Origin: the human T2T-CHM13v2.0 reference genome, Homo sapiens
NCBI RefSeq assembly: GCF_009914755.1
Contig: NC_060925.1
DNA length: 64,000 nt
Direction: 5' to 3' (one strand)
Shown: positions 12,701-32,617 of the stretch, in pieces
Numbering within the stretch: the stretch's first letter is position 1
Layout: each line of letters starts with the position of its first letter
Made by a program: the position numbers and the translations under genes
The notes under the pieces: generated by a model
What the model was told of the DNA's origin: nothing
The model's input: the letters and a program-made list of their open reading frames with translations, nothing else
The model's database searches: none

Positions 12701-14414
12701 TTAAATAAACAACAAAAAAGAGTCAAACAATAAAAATAGAAGTTTATTCCTTGAAAAGTCTCATAAAATAATCTGCACTAAATCACAACAGGGGAAAAGA
12801 GAAGACAAAATAAGCAATATGAGAACAAAGGGGCTGGTAACTATACATCAGTAGAGATTTTAAAATAGGAGTACACTGTGAACAAGTTTACTAAAATAAA
12901 TTTGGAAAATGAAACATACAAATGCCTAAAAAATATAAATTACCATAATTGACGCAAAAATAAAAAGAAATAGAAAACCTGAACATACCAATAGCCATTA
13001 GGGAAACTAAAAAGTCATTCAAAAATCTGCTCCTATCCCACACCAAAAGGGTATAAGGCCTAGACAATTTTACAAATGAATCTAACCAAACTCAAGCAAC
13101 AGATATTTCATAAACTATAATTTATAATTGTCATGTCTTCCTGCTCAGTTGACATTTATTATTATATAATGTCAAAAACTATCACAAGAGATATAGAAAG
13201 ACATTATTTCATAATAAAAGGGTCAATTCACCCAGGAAGATATGACAATTATAAATATATCCATCCCCAACATCACAGCACCTAAATATATAAAGCAAAC
13301 ATTGACAGAACTGAAAGAGAAATAGACACAAATGTAATAATAATAGGAAACTTAAACACCCCACCTTCAATAATGGATAGAGCATCCAGACAGAAAAACA
13401 ATAAGGAAACAGCAAATTTGAAGAGCATTATAGATAAAAATGGACCTAACAGACACATGTAGAACAAATTTAAGAACACTGCAATCATACCAAGTATCTT
13501 CTTCAACCACAATGAATGAAACTAGAAACAACAGAAAAGGGAAGCTAGAAACTCCATAGATATGTGGAAATTAAGCAACACATTCTTGAATAACCAATGG
13601 GTCAAAAGAGAAATGAAAGGGAAATTAGAAAACACCTTGAAACAAATAGACATGAAAATAAAATGTACCAAAACTTACAGGAGGCAGCAAGAAACGCATT
13701 ACCAAGAGCAAAGTTTATGGCAATAAACCCCTATGTTAACAAAGAAGAAAAGTCTCAAATTAACAAACCAACCTCAAAGAACTAGGAGAACAGACTAAGC
13801 CCAATTTCAGCAGAAGAAAGGGAAAAATAAAGATTAGAGTATAAATAAAATAGAAAACTTTTAAAAATCGGCAACACTTTTTTGAAAAAACATCAATAAA
13901 GTTGACAAACCTTTGGCTAGGCTAAGAGACAAAAAGAGAAGACTTAAATAAAAAATGGAAGAGCAGTCATTACAACTAATGCCACAGAATTAAAAAGAAT
14001 AAGAGACTACTATGAGCAATTATACACCAACAAATTGGATAACTTACAAGAAATTGATAAATTCTTAGAAACACACACCCTAACAAGACTGAATAATGAA
14101 GAAATTGAAAATCTGAACAGACCTATAACCAGTAAGGAGATTGAATCAATAATCAAAAACCTCTCAATAAAGAAAAGTCCAAGACCAGATGGCTTCACTG
14201 GTAAATTTTACCAGACATTTAAAGAAAATTTAACATCAATTCTTCTCAATCTCTTCTAAAAAAAATTGAAGAGGGGAGAACACTTTCCAACTCTTTTGAA
14301 GCCAGTGTTACCCTAATGCCAAAGCCAGACAAAGATATTACAAAAAAAAAGAACCTACAGACCAATACTCCTGATAAACACAAATACAAAAATCCTCAAC
14401 AAAATATTAGCAAA

Positions 14415-14715
14415 GGCCAGTTGTGGTGGCTCATGCCTGTAATCCCAGCACTTTGGGAGGCTGAAGCTGAAGGATTGCTTGAGGCCAGGAATTTGAAACC
14501 AGCCCTGGCAACATAGCAAGACCCTGTCTCCACAAAAAAAATTAAAACTTAGCAAGGCATGGTGGCATGTACCTATAGTCCCAGCTACTCAGGAGGCTGA
14601 GGCAGGAGGATCACTTGATCCCAGAAGTTTGAGGTAAGAGTGAGCTATGATCACACACTTACACTCCAGCCTGGGTGACAGGAAAGACCCTGTCTCAAAC
14701 AAAACAAAACAAAAC
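14415..14715 (+). mobile_element. AluJ-like inside old L1
   Basis: TSD aaaa(t/c)attagcaaa at 14401-14414 and 14716-14729; (CAAAA)n tail. Confidence 0.9.
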
Positions 14716-15212
14716 AAAACATTAGCAAACTGCATTAAATAGCACATTAAAAGGATCCTACACCATAACCAATTTAGATTTTTCCATGGAATGCAAAGTA
14801 TTTCAACATACAAAAATTAGTGTAATATACCACATTAACAGAACGAGGGGCAAAAAACACACGATCATGTCAGTAGATGTAGAAAGAGCATTTGGCAAAA
14901 TTCAACACCCTTTCATAACGAAAACTCTCAACAAACTAGGAATAGAAGGAGATTTCAACATAAAAAAATTACATATGAAAAGTCAGTTAACCTTATACTC
15001 AGTGGTGGAAAATTGAAAAGTTCTCCCCCTAAGATTAGGAGCAAGACAAGGATGCCCAGTCTAGCTACTTCTTTTCAACACAGTACTGGAAGTTCTAGCC
15101 AGAGAAATTGGACAGGAGAAAGAAATAAGTATCTAAATCAGAAAGAAAGAAGTAAAATTATCTCTCTTTGCTGATGACATGATCTTATACATAGAAAATT
15201 CTAAAGACTGTA

Positions 15213-15213
<1 letters not shown>

Positions 15214-15251
<38 letters not shown>

Positions 15252-15261
15252 AGAGAGAGAG
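15214..15261. repeat. (CA)n then (GA)n microsatellite
   Basis: Direct reading of sequence. Confidence 0.9.
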
Positions 15262-15288
15262 AAACTGTTAGAACTAAGACAAATTCAG

Positions 15289-20802
<5,514 letters not shown>

Positions 20803-21449
20803 AGAATTAAGACAAATTCAGTAAAGTTGCAAGATACAATATCAACATATAAAAGTCAGTTGCATTCTACACACTAATAATGAACTATGTAAAAAGGAAA
20901 TTAAGAAAATAATCCTATTTGTAATAGCATCAAAAAGAGTAAAATAAGCTTACAAGCTTAACAAAGAAAGTGAAAGATTTGTACACTGAAAACTACAAAA
21001 CAACGATAAAAGAAATAAAAGAAGACACAAATAAATGGAAAAACATGCCTAGTTCATGGACTGGAAACTTAAGATTGTTAAAATGGTCATACTATCCAAA
21101 GTGACCTACAGATTCAATGCAATCCCTATCAAAATGCCAGTGGCATTTTGAAATAGAAACAACAATCCTAACTCATATGGAACCACAAAGGACTCCAGAT
21201 AGCCAAAACAATCTTGAAAAAGAGCAAAGCTGGAAGCATCGTGGTTTTTATTTCAAAAATATATTATAAAGCTACGGTAATTTAAAAAGTATGATAGTGG
21301 CATAAACACAGGAACATAGGCCAATGAAACAGAATACAGAGCCTAGAAATAAACACAGAGCCTAGAAATAAATCCATTCATTTGTGATCAATTGACCATG
21401 CCAAGAATACACAATGGGGAAAGAATAGTATCTTCAACAAACGGTTTCG

Positions 21450-21740
21450 GGGCCAGGCACAGTGGTTCACACCTGTATTCCCAGGACTTTGGGAGGCTGA
21501 GGCTGATGGATCACTTGAGCCCAAGAGTTCAAGACCAGCCTGGGCAACATGGCGAGACCCTGTCTCTACAAAAAATGCAAAAGTTAGCCAAATGTGGTGG
21601 CACACGCCTGTGATCCAAGCTACTCAGGAGGCTGAGATAGGAGGACTGGCTTGAGCCTGGGAAGTAAAGGCTGCACTGAGCCATGTTTGCACCACCGCAC
21701 TTCAGTCTGGGTGATAGAGCAAGAGCCTGTCTCAAATAAA
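21450..21740 (+). mobile_element. AluJ-like inside old L1
   Basis: Alu dimer flanked by degenerate aa(c/t)aaacggt repeat. Confidence 0.88.
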
Positions 21741-23279
21741 TAAACGGTGTTGGGAAAACCAAATATCCACATGCAAAAGAATAAAATTGGAACCTTAATT
21801 TACACCATACACAAGAATCAATTCAAAGTAGATTAAAAAATTAAATGTAATATCTAAAAGAGTAAAACCCCTATAAGAAAATATAGGGGAAAACCTCATG
21901 GCAGTGGTCTTGGCAATAATTTCTTGGATGTGACATTAAAAGTACACACAACAAAAGCAAAAATAGACAAGATGAGTTACATCGAACTAAAAAGTTTCTG
22001 CACAGCAAAGGGGACATTAACAGAGTGAAATACAATCTACAGAATGGGAGAAAATATTTGCAAGCCATATATCTGATGAGGGGTTAATATTCAAAATATA
22101 TAAGGAACTCCTTCAATTCTAGCAAAAAGAAAAAAAAACGCTCAATTTAAAAATGAACATTTCTCAAAAAAAGACATACAAATGGCCAATACTTATATGA
22201 AAGGATACGCAACATCACTAATCATCAGAGAAATTCAAATCACAGTAGGTATCACCTCACAGCCATTAGAATGGCTATTTAAAAGTAAATAAATAAATAA
22301 CACGCATTGATGAGGGCATAGAGAAATTGGAACCCTTGCATTTTGTTGGTAGGAATATAAAATGATGCAGCTGCCATGGAAAATAGTATAGAGGTTTCTC
22401 AAAAAAATAAAAACACAACTACTATATGATTCAGCAATCACTTCTGGGTGTTTATCCAAAAGAACTGAAATCGAGATCTCAAAGAGATATTTGCACTCCC
22501 ATGTTTATTGCAGCATTATTCAGAATGGTCAAGATGTGGAAACAACCTAAATGTAAATGGATGAATGAATGGGTTTTTTAAACGTGGTATAGACATACAA
22601 GGTCGTAATATTCACCCTTAAAAAGGAAAGAAATTCTGCCACATGCAACAACATGGATGAACCCTGAGGACATTATATATGCTAAGTGAAATATACCAGT
22701 CACAAAAGAACAAATACTTCACGATTCCACTAATATGAGGTATCTAAAAATAGCCAAACACATAGAAACAGAGAACAGAATAGCAGTTGTCAAGGACTGG
22801 GTGAGAGAGAAATAGAGTTGCTCTGCAACAGGTATAAAGTTTGTTATGCAAGATGATTGAGTTCTGGATATCTGTTGTACAGCATCATGCCTACAGTTAT
22901 CTATACTGTATTGTACACTTAAATATTTGTTGAGAGGGTAGATGTCATGTTAAGTATTCTTACTACAATTTAAAAAATTAAAATGATTTCCACATAAGCA
23001 ATAATAGTTGGGTGACGTGTATTTATACTAACAGATAAGAATTCTTAATCTAAATTGATATGGTAATTTAAATAATTTTTATTTCTTTCTTATTTCATAA
23101 GAATAAAAGGCAAATATACAAATATGCAAAACAAAAAAGAGTGAAAGCTGTTCATAGAATCAATAGAAGGGCTCAAGAAAGAGCCCTAGACTGGGCTTCC
23201 AAGAAAATCTACAACTGCAGCATAGAACCTTGCTACAAAGCGATCTCTGTCTCGGCCATGTTTTCAGAAAGCCAATCTG

Positions 23280-24600
23280 CCATCTCCCGTTCATATTATG
23301 AAAATTCAATGCCATTTCTATCAAAACTCCACAGGATATCTTTGTGTATGAAAACCTATAAACAGATTCAAAAATTTATTTGATAGTATAAAGATTCAAG
23401 AATAGCCAAGTCAATTTTCTAAACAGATTACTAGCAAACACTTTCACGGACAACTGCAGTTCAGGAACATTTTGAAAGGGAATATCTAACTTCCAGTAGT
23501 AGGGAAAGTGTGAGAGAAGGAGCATGCCTTAAGATATAATTTAAATGTCTTAGAGGACCTTTGCTTCCGGCAAATGCAAACCAGGACATTCAGGCCAACT
23601 CTTCTGCTGAGGACAACTAGAAAAGTGGAAATTTAAATCTGCTTAGAGGCAATAGAGAACTATCAAGCAAATGCAGAATTACCAGTTTAGGAGATGGGGG
23701 ATGAGAAGGTGCAGGAAAGTAAGCCCAATGTTTGGGATTGCTTGTCCCTAAGAACTCCTGGGAAGTTTTGTGTCACTTTGGAAATTCTTGCAGTTTTAGG
23801 GAGACAGGTATTGGAGTGAGAGTTTGCCAACAGGTGAACCTGATAAACATCCCTTGCATTAGATTAGAATCTTAACAGGATTCATTTAGAAGTAAGTGTA
23901 AACCAGATGTAAATAGATCCTTACAGAAGAGCAATTCAGCTAGAATCCTCTCAGTCTGTAACATTGGATTGAGATGATCCAGCATTGTTAGTGCCCCCTG
24001 GATAACTGGGAAAAGCAAAATGATATCCTTTCTGTGATAAAATAACATCAGTCTAGCCTCAAATTATTTATACAAAAAAATTTTGCCAAACAATGTGAAG
24101 CATACAACCAAAAATAAGCAGACAAACAAGAAGACAATGTGACATGAATAAAAACCAAGAAGGAAAAAACTAGAGTAAATAAATATCAACAAGGACTTCA
24201 GTTATTATAGTTTCAAAGACAGTCTTCAAAATAAATAAGTTCACAAGCTCAAGAAGATGAAAGCATGAAAACTTCAGCAGAGAACTGAGAAAAATATATA
24301 TGCATGTACCTGAAGAAACAAATGAAAATTGAAAAACTAAAAAGTAAAATAATTAAAATTGAAAACTTGGTGCCTGAGTATAACAGCTTTTACATACACT
24401 TAAAAAGATTAGTAATGAGTTGGAAGATAAATCATAAGAAAATATTCAAAATAAAGCATGGAAAGATAAAGAGATGGGAAACAGGTGATAGGGTATATGA
24501 AAGGCACAGTGAGAAGATTTAACATATGAATATACCTAGAAGGGAAGAAGAAGGAGAATGGAAAAGAAGCAATACTTGAAGACATAATAGCTGATGTTGT
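23280..24600 (+). mobile_element. Highly diverged L1M fragments (ORF2 piece plus 5'/ORF1-like piece)
   Basis: aaattcaatgccatttctatcaaa...aagaatagccaag; A-rich ORF1-like gaagcaatacttgaagacataatagctga. Confidence 0.5.
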
Positions 24601-24696
24601 CCAGGCTGAAGTCCTGAGCTCAAGCGATCCAAGCGATCCACCCACCTTGACCTCCCAAGGTGCTGGGATTATAGGCATGAGCCACTGCACCTGGCC
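24595..24696 (-). mobile_element. Alu monomer fragment
   Basis: cctcccaaggtgctgggattataggcatgagccactgcacctggcc. Confidence 0.8.
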
Positions 24697-26754
24697 TCCA
24701 ATGCAATTTTATAAAGCTTTCCCAATTAGTGAAGTGCCAGATGTTACAGCTTCTTACTGTAATGACTTGTCGTATTTAATAAATTAGTCGTATCTACACA
24801 TACAAGCAGAACCAGCAGAAACTTTTCTTGACTCGGGACCTGACTTAATTATTCTTTGAAAAGCTTTTTCTGACTAAGCTCACCATATAAATAATCTACA
24901 TGCCATTTAGTCAGACTATCTGCAGCTTGGCCATGTTCTCTGTCTTGGTTCTTAAGTTGTTACTGTTTTAAATTACAGATCCTTTGAGAACCTGATGAAA
25001 GCTATGAGTCCTCTCTGCAGAAAATATACACATGCGCATATGCATAAATCTGGACATATGCTTTCAAGGACCCCCTGAAAGACCATCTGTGGACCCCTTA
25101 TGGAGCCCATGAACTCTCAGGTAAGGGTGTCTGTTCTAGTTTTCCTTCATGCATTTTGAGCATCTCTCCTCCCCACCCCACCCCCACCCCCACCAACATA
25201 CATACACATATACACAGTGGACTAAAGATCCGCTGAAGGTTTCTTTTGCGTTTCATCTAACATCGGTGAGTACATATGATAGGCACTTAAAACTCTTGCT
25301 ATAATGGAAAAACATAATGAGACAGTGTGCCCGCATTTTGAATTACCCTTTTTTCCCTGTAGATTTTCACTAGCTTGCCCCAAAATTAATGAGGTTTCAT
25401 GTTGTGTTTACAAAACAAAACAAAAAATAAACAAACAAGGAGCCATCAAGGCTTAAACTGGACAGCAGAATCTCCCAGACTCTGACTCCTGTAAGATTTT
25501 GGAGATAAGCTTTAGGGAAGAGATCAGGAAAGGCGCATGGAACTTGGAAGGGGAAAATGACCTGGCATCTGGTTAGAAGACATAGAGAATAACAACACTG
25601 CAAGTTATGGCCCTTCACAGTTTTTAAAAACACTTTCACCTACAGTATCTTACCTGATAACCCCCACCTTAACCTGGAAGGCAGGCAGGGGCAGATCTCA
25701 CCCCTTCCATTTATTTATTAAAAAACTCAGGTCCAGAATGGTTTCATAAACACCCAAAGTCACCCAGCAGCCTTAAATGGAAGGGTACAAACTTGAGTGT
25801 AGAGCTTTGGACTCTAATTCTGCGTTCCCTACATCATGGAAGAAGTCAAGAAGAATGTGGAATTATTTAAAAAAAAAAAAAACTGGCACATACATTCATG
25901 GAGGAGGAGACGGGCTTATAAAAAAGCCCTTTCAACTAAGTTGCATGAAATGTTATTTTCAGTTATCGTATCAGGGCATCTGGCTATTTTCAAAATTCTT
26001 AACTAATCAACCCCTGTCTTTAAAATGCAATTGTCCATGTATTCGTCACAGAGGTTTAATCATTTGTGAAGAATGAAACGGCCATATCTTTATCTAACGC
26101 CATTGTAATCACTTTTGGGTAAACAGTCTGGAGCCATTTGTATAGGATAATAAGTTCAAAGTTGTAAAATCTGGAAATGTTTTACCACTAGAATGCTGCT
26201 ATAGGCATTTCCCATTTTGAACCACAGCTGTCCTCACCCACAGTCACATCTTGCAGGTCACAGCCTCTTTATGATGACCCACATAGTGACCAAACCAATT
26301 CAGAAGCTATCCATGTGAACCGTAAAAGGTAACCCACCCCCGTTTCTTTTCTGATAGAGATACAACCCCCTTCCTATCAGTTCAGCTTCACACAAGAAAT
26401 GTGCTCTCTTCCTGGCTATGCTTATTCGGTACTTTGTGCTTTTCCCCACAGTGGGGAAACTGGCATCAAAGAAATTCACCAGGCTGACCCTGTTTTGGTC
26501 ACAAAACACGGGAATAGGAGAGAGAGATCTTTTCTTAAAGCACTTGGAGATCCTAAATGCCAAAGTACGAACTATGAGAGGCCAGCAAAATGGAAGATAT
26601 TCATGTGTATTTTTGGTAGACACCTACTATATATTGACCACCATAACTTTTTCTAAACCTCTTAATAGTCACGGATCCTGATTTTTTAACAGATGAAAAG
26701 ACTGAGATTCACAGAAAGAAGAGGGAATTCATATGCGTTAAAACTTACGATAGG

Positions 26755-27345
<591 letters not shown>

Positions 27346-27529
27346 TTAATAGAGGTTAAGTGATGTGTCTAGAAACACATAATTGACCAGTTAACAGATC
27401 TAGCATTTAAGGTTTGTCTAAGTTCAAAGCCCATGTGCTTTCCATTACATAAGTTATTTCTAAATTTCAATCATTCAAATACTATCTTCATTATTTGTTC
27501 CAAAATCATGTACCACATACAGGATTTTT

Positions 27530-27770
27530 TAAGAGGGATCATGGTTTAGTGGGTAGAACGTAGTTCTGAAGTCACCCCTGCTAAGTTCCAGTCCCAGTGC
27601 TGCCTCTTACTAGCTTTGTGACCTTGGCCAACTGACTTGACCTATGCCTGTTTCCTTATGTTTAAAATGGGGGTAAACAGTAGTACCTACCTCAGGGTTG
27701 TTTTGAGGATTAAATGAATTAATATATGTAATGCATGCACTGTAGTAAGTGTTCAATCCATTAGCATTAT
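27530..27770 (+). mobile_element. MIR
   Basis: cttactagctttgtgaccttggcc...gaggattaaatgaattaata. Confidence 0.7.
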
Positions 27771-28922
27771 TTCAGAATTTCTTTTAAATTAGGCTTTTGC
27801 TATGTCAGTAAATGTATTAAAGGGGGAGGTTTTTATAGCACAACTATGAAATTACAAGTTTGATGTGACAGCTATATTTCCATAAACATTAAAATAAGTA
27901 TGTAATATTCAAAGACAAGATATTCAGTCAGGTATCACCTAAAACTCATCTCTCATACACAGGTTCTGTTTTGAGAATATGACCCCACACTAGGCTGTTT
28001 TCTACCAGTAGAAAGAATATACAATGTTGGATATTTAAAGCTTGAAGGTAATCCATAGAAAGTAGTTACAAGCTTACTAGATTTATGCAAAATGAGAAAA
28101 AGGAAAGAAAACCAAAGAGGAGAAATGGAATACAATGGAACAGATGCCAAAACCATTTAGCAAAGGAAAGAAAAACCAGTTTGGGCAAGGTTCCTGTTTC
28201 CATGGACTCAACTATCTCATGGGAAGAGCAGGTCCTGAAAGAACACAAGTAGCCTTCAAAACAGACCTTAGGCCTATCTCCTGACATTGGGGGCACAAAG
28301 AGGTCCTGTGTGATGGAACTAAAATGGGGATACAAGTCCAGAAAGAATCAATGCAAGAACACAGGCAAAGAATGTAAGAGAAAAAAATCTTTAGACAAAC
28401 AAACAAATCAGCAGGAAGCTAAAGGGAAATACAGTTAGCCAAGAATAAAATCAAAACACTCATCATGTGCCACAGCTGTACAAACAGAGAAGGATAACAC
28501 AGCAGAAGAGCAAGAAACCCTCAAGACTCTCAAGAATAAGGCCAGGAAACTCACAGCATGAACCATGGAATCCTAGGGTGGACGTGCTGGAAAGGAGATC
28601 ATTCAGCCCACTTTCCTTATTTGACAGGGAGAAAAGAAGGCCCAGGCTGAAAAGATATGCCCAAGACTCAGAAACCAGGGGTTCTTTCTCTAAAGTCAGA
28701 TTCCACATCCAAAATGTGACAGCAAAATAGAAATTCATTGTTTCATCTGAGGAAAAAGGAGAAGTCGCCTAAATGGGCGAGAGAAACTCAAGACCTGATT
28801 CTCAAAGAGACAATCATTTAATCTTCTTTTTAAGTTTTTACTTCTCAAAAAAAAAAATGGGATTTACAATAAACTTGATTGAAAACAGGTTACACAAAAG
28901 TTGAAAGGATGGAATTAAAATA

Positions 28923-29121
28923 AGAAGGAAGGAAGGGAGGTGGGAAGGACGGAGAGGGGAGGGAGGTGGGGAGGAGGGAGGGGGGAGGGAGGAAGGTGGG
29001 GAGGGAGGGAGTGGGGAGGGAGGGAAGGAGGGAAAGAGGGAGGAAGGAAGGCAGGAAGGCAGGAAGACAGGAAGGGAGGGAGGGAGGGAGGGAGGGAGGG
29101 AGGGAGGGAGAAAGGGAGGAG
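28923..29121. repeat. Polypurine GGGA/GGAA low-complexity tract (~200 nt)
   Basis: Almost exclusively G/A with many G3-G6 runs. Confidence 0.9.
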
Positions 29122-29585
29122 ATGACATAGGACCACATGGTAAAAGATGTATTAAGTAGGCAAAATAAATCCAGGGCTTGTGGCACTTGTTAAGGACTTA
29201 AAAAATTAAGAAAATACTTGAGGCTTCCTAATATAATGCAAATATTCTGTTATTTCCCCCAAGCCTGATTTGCAGTAAAATTTTGCATAATAGTTTTAAT
29301 CTATTTAAGTCCATTTTTCCACCTGTAAAGTGGATGGAACTCTGCCCACCACCTTGCATGAGAGTTTTAGTATGAGATGACAATGTATACTGTTTAGCCC
29401 CAAGTATTAATGAGGCTATAAAAACTCTTGAACATAGATAGATTTTTCCCTGATTTTCACAAAATATCTTTGTCTCCTTCAATATAAAACACAGAGAAAT
29501 TATTTTAGATAGATAAAACAGCCTATAACATGGATATATAACATGGATATCAATTTAAAATATTGTGATTCTTGAACTATGACTT

Positions 29586-29850
29586 GGGCCTGTAATCCCA
29601 GCACTTTGGGAGGCCGAGGTGGGTGGATCACTTAAGGTCAGGCATTTGAGACCAGCCTGGGCAACATGGTAAAAACCCGTCTTACTAAAAATACAAAAAT
29701 TAGCCAGGCATGGTGGCGTGCACCTGAATTCCCAGCTACTTGGGAAGCTGAGGCAGGAGGCGGAAGTTGCAGTGAGCTGAGGTCTCGCCACTGCACTACA
29801 GCCTGGGCGACAGAGCAAGACTCTGCCTCAAAAAAAAGAAAAGAAAAAAG
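29586..29850 (+). mobile_element. Alu with short internal right-arm deletion
   Basis: gaggcaggag joined directly to gcggaagttgcagtgagc. Confidence 0.85.
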
Positions 29851-29989
29851 AAATACGACTCGGGAATCCGTAAGAATTAAAGACAAGGCTGGAACAATAT
29901 ACACTCCCCATAGGGACTATCAATTGGTAATACAATTCCATGAACAGACTCATGTTTGCCAATGAGAAAACAAGAAAATTACAATACTA

Positions 29990-30500
29990 TGAATCAGTTA
30001 GGAATGCTTCTAGCTTCAAGTAACAGAAGACTTTCTAACAATGTATTTAAAAGAGTACAAGTTTACTCTTCTCCTATGAAGAGAAGCCTAGAGATCAGCA
30101 GCTGCTGACTGTGGTTACACAGCCCAGCAACATCACAAACTGCATCCCTGTGATCAATTTCTTTTTTTTTTTTTTTGTCTTTTCCCTTCTTTTGGTCACA
30201 AGATGGTTATCATAGCTCTGTGCATGTAATCTGCATTCAAGTGAAAAAGAAGAGAGAAAGGGAAATAAGAGTTATATCTCTTCTTTTTGTGAAGAAAAAA
30301 AATGAAGGCCTTCCCAGCACTCTCTCTTTCCCAAACCTAAAAACTCCTGCATTCTTGCCATCAGCCAAAACTGCCATATGGGAATCCCGAACTGCACGTG
30401 AAGCTGGGACAGTAAGCAGGTGGCATTTCCAGCCTTTACAGTGGAGGCAGGCAGGAGAAAAGGGAATTGAGAATGGGGATCTAAGTAGCCCAACAACAAA
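29990..30500. mobile_element. Old ERVL/MaLR-type LTR remnant
   Basis: atcagttaggaatgcttctagcttcaagtaacagaagac...agcctagagatcagcag resembles old LTR33/MLT1 families. Confidence 0.4.
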
Positions 30501-32316
30501 TTTTGTTATAGTTCAATGTTTCAGCTCAGTGCAAACTTCCTTTTCATTCAAGTGAGGGCTGCATTCTCAAAACGTCTTTAAATGAAGTTAATATGGCAAG
30601 TATGCATTTTTGGTTATTCTTTTGTACCCATGCCTATTTTTTGTTGTCGTATTTTGCATCCTTTTGATGTTATTACTAGTCATTCATAAACCAGAACACT
30701 CTCCCTGAACAATGGTGTTGGGTATCTAAAAAGTTCCCGGATAGGAGAACTTTTCAGTGTGGGACTAGAAGAGGACTTAAAACCTTATTTATGAAATTTC
30801 AATTGAAGGCAAAGGTGAGAATGAAAGGCCTAGTAAATATTATACATCCACTAAAATAAACCTACAAAGAAAGTGCAAAGTGTAAGCGATAGTAATAATA
30901 ATTATACATTGTAAATAAGTAATAAAGGTGCCATGTTTTTTCATGCTATCATCACTTGCTTGCTAGAAAAGGTCCATGATCTCCCTAATTTTGAAAATAA
31001 GTTGTTGGTACATTTTGAGTTGTTTTCTTTAACAGATAGTCCTCTTATTGCAATGTGCTTTTTTTCTGAGCCAAGTGTTGAATGCTTTTCCAAGGTTAAC
31101 ACATGGCTATGTTAACCCCTAACTTCCAGGACTCACCATTCAGTCTCACCCCAGGCCACACATCTAGGCTTTTATCCCCTTAGCCCCTCTCCTGGTCTCT
31201 GCATTTCAAAGTCCCTGACCTTGCCTACTCCTGGCTCCTCTGACGCACATGCAGTCCCAAGGCCAAGGTTTCATTTCCCTCATTTGCTTTTATCTTTCCT
31301 AAGAAGTCCATGCAAAGGGCTCTAATTCTGCTCTGTCAACTATATCCTTGTCTCTATTCCAAATACCTAGCTCCCTGTTCTTCCAAATTACCCTCGCGGG
31401 AGTTGACACGCAATTTGCATGTTCTAGAATCCAAATTCTCCCAGATATTGAAAAGATATACAGAAGCAAATCTTCTTATGTTAGAATTTAGTGGAGTAAG
31501 AACTTGTAGTTAAGGACAGATTTACTGTATATCTAAAGTACTTAGAGCTCTCATAGAGAAGAGCACTGTGGAGAAAGAGGGAAGACCACGTCTCTGCTGC
31601 ATGACCTGCCTCTAAATGCATGACTTGCTTTCCAGAGAACTGATGAGATCGCCATGAGGTGTGGTTGCTTTCATAAGGAGTAGGCTGTTCAAAAACATTA
31701 AAAAGTCCAGAGTTTTCGCTTGCCCAGCAGTTCAAAATGCAAGCCCTCTTTTATGACAAGGCAATTATGAATTCTAATGAACAACTTTTAGATAAGGGTG
31801 ACAACGAATAGGCACCCCACATTTCAATACCAATCAATAGCCTCAGTTCTGTAGGAGTCATTCCCTTGGATCTACTGAGCTTCAGCCTCTGTCTTCCACC
31901 ATACGTTACTGCTTCAAGAAACCACTTCACCTTTTCCCCAGTTTGCTTTTCTCCTTCTTCTTGTGATGTGTCAAGGCCAAATGCTGAAGAGAATCCAGTG
32001 GCTAATAATATAAAAAAAGAAGCATTGCTGGTCAGGACATATCATATAGCATTGGTCTTTGAGGAGACTGGCTTGGATATGCTGACCAGGTTATGACTTT
32101 AGAGAAAGTTATTGTCCTCAATAGTAGTTAAACCAACACTTTTTAATTAAACATCAATCGTGTGTCCATCCCTATGTTGGGGACTTCGGTAGATTCTGAA
32201 GTGGAGGGCATCACAGAATAGTGAAAAGGGCAGAGGCACTGAAATCGAAAATAGCTTGGCTCTAATCCTGGCTCCACTGTAGCTGAGTTGAACAACGCAT
32301 TTCAATTTTCTGAGCT

Positions 32317-32617
32317 GGCCGGGCACGGTGGCTCACACCTATAATCCCAGCACTTTGGGAGGCCGAGGCAGGCAGATCACCTGAGGTCAGGAGTTTGAGA
32401 CCAGCCTGGCCAACATGGCGAAACCCTGTCGCTACTAAAAATACAAAAATTCGTTGGGTGTGGTGGCACATGTCTGTAATCCCAGCTACTTGGGAGGCTG
32501 AGACAGGAGAATCGCTTAAACCCAGGAGGCAGAGTTGCAGTGAGCCAAGACTACACCACTGCACTCCAGCCTGGGTGACAGAGGGAAACTCTGTCTCAAA
32601 ATAAAATATAATAAAAT
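32317..32617 (+). mobile_element. AluS inserted in a MIR
   Basis: Alu dimer; tctgagct repeated on both flanks; MIR pieces on both sides. Confidence 0.9.

Noticed and set aside
28838-29186. Pro/Ser-rich and Gly/Arg-rich ORFs
   Set aside because: Translation of a low-complexity purine tract
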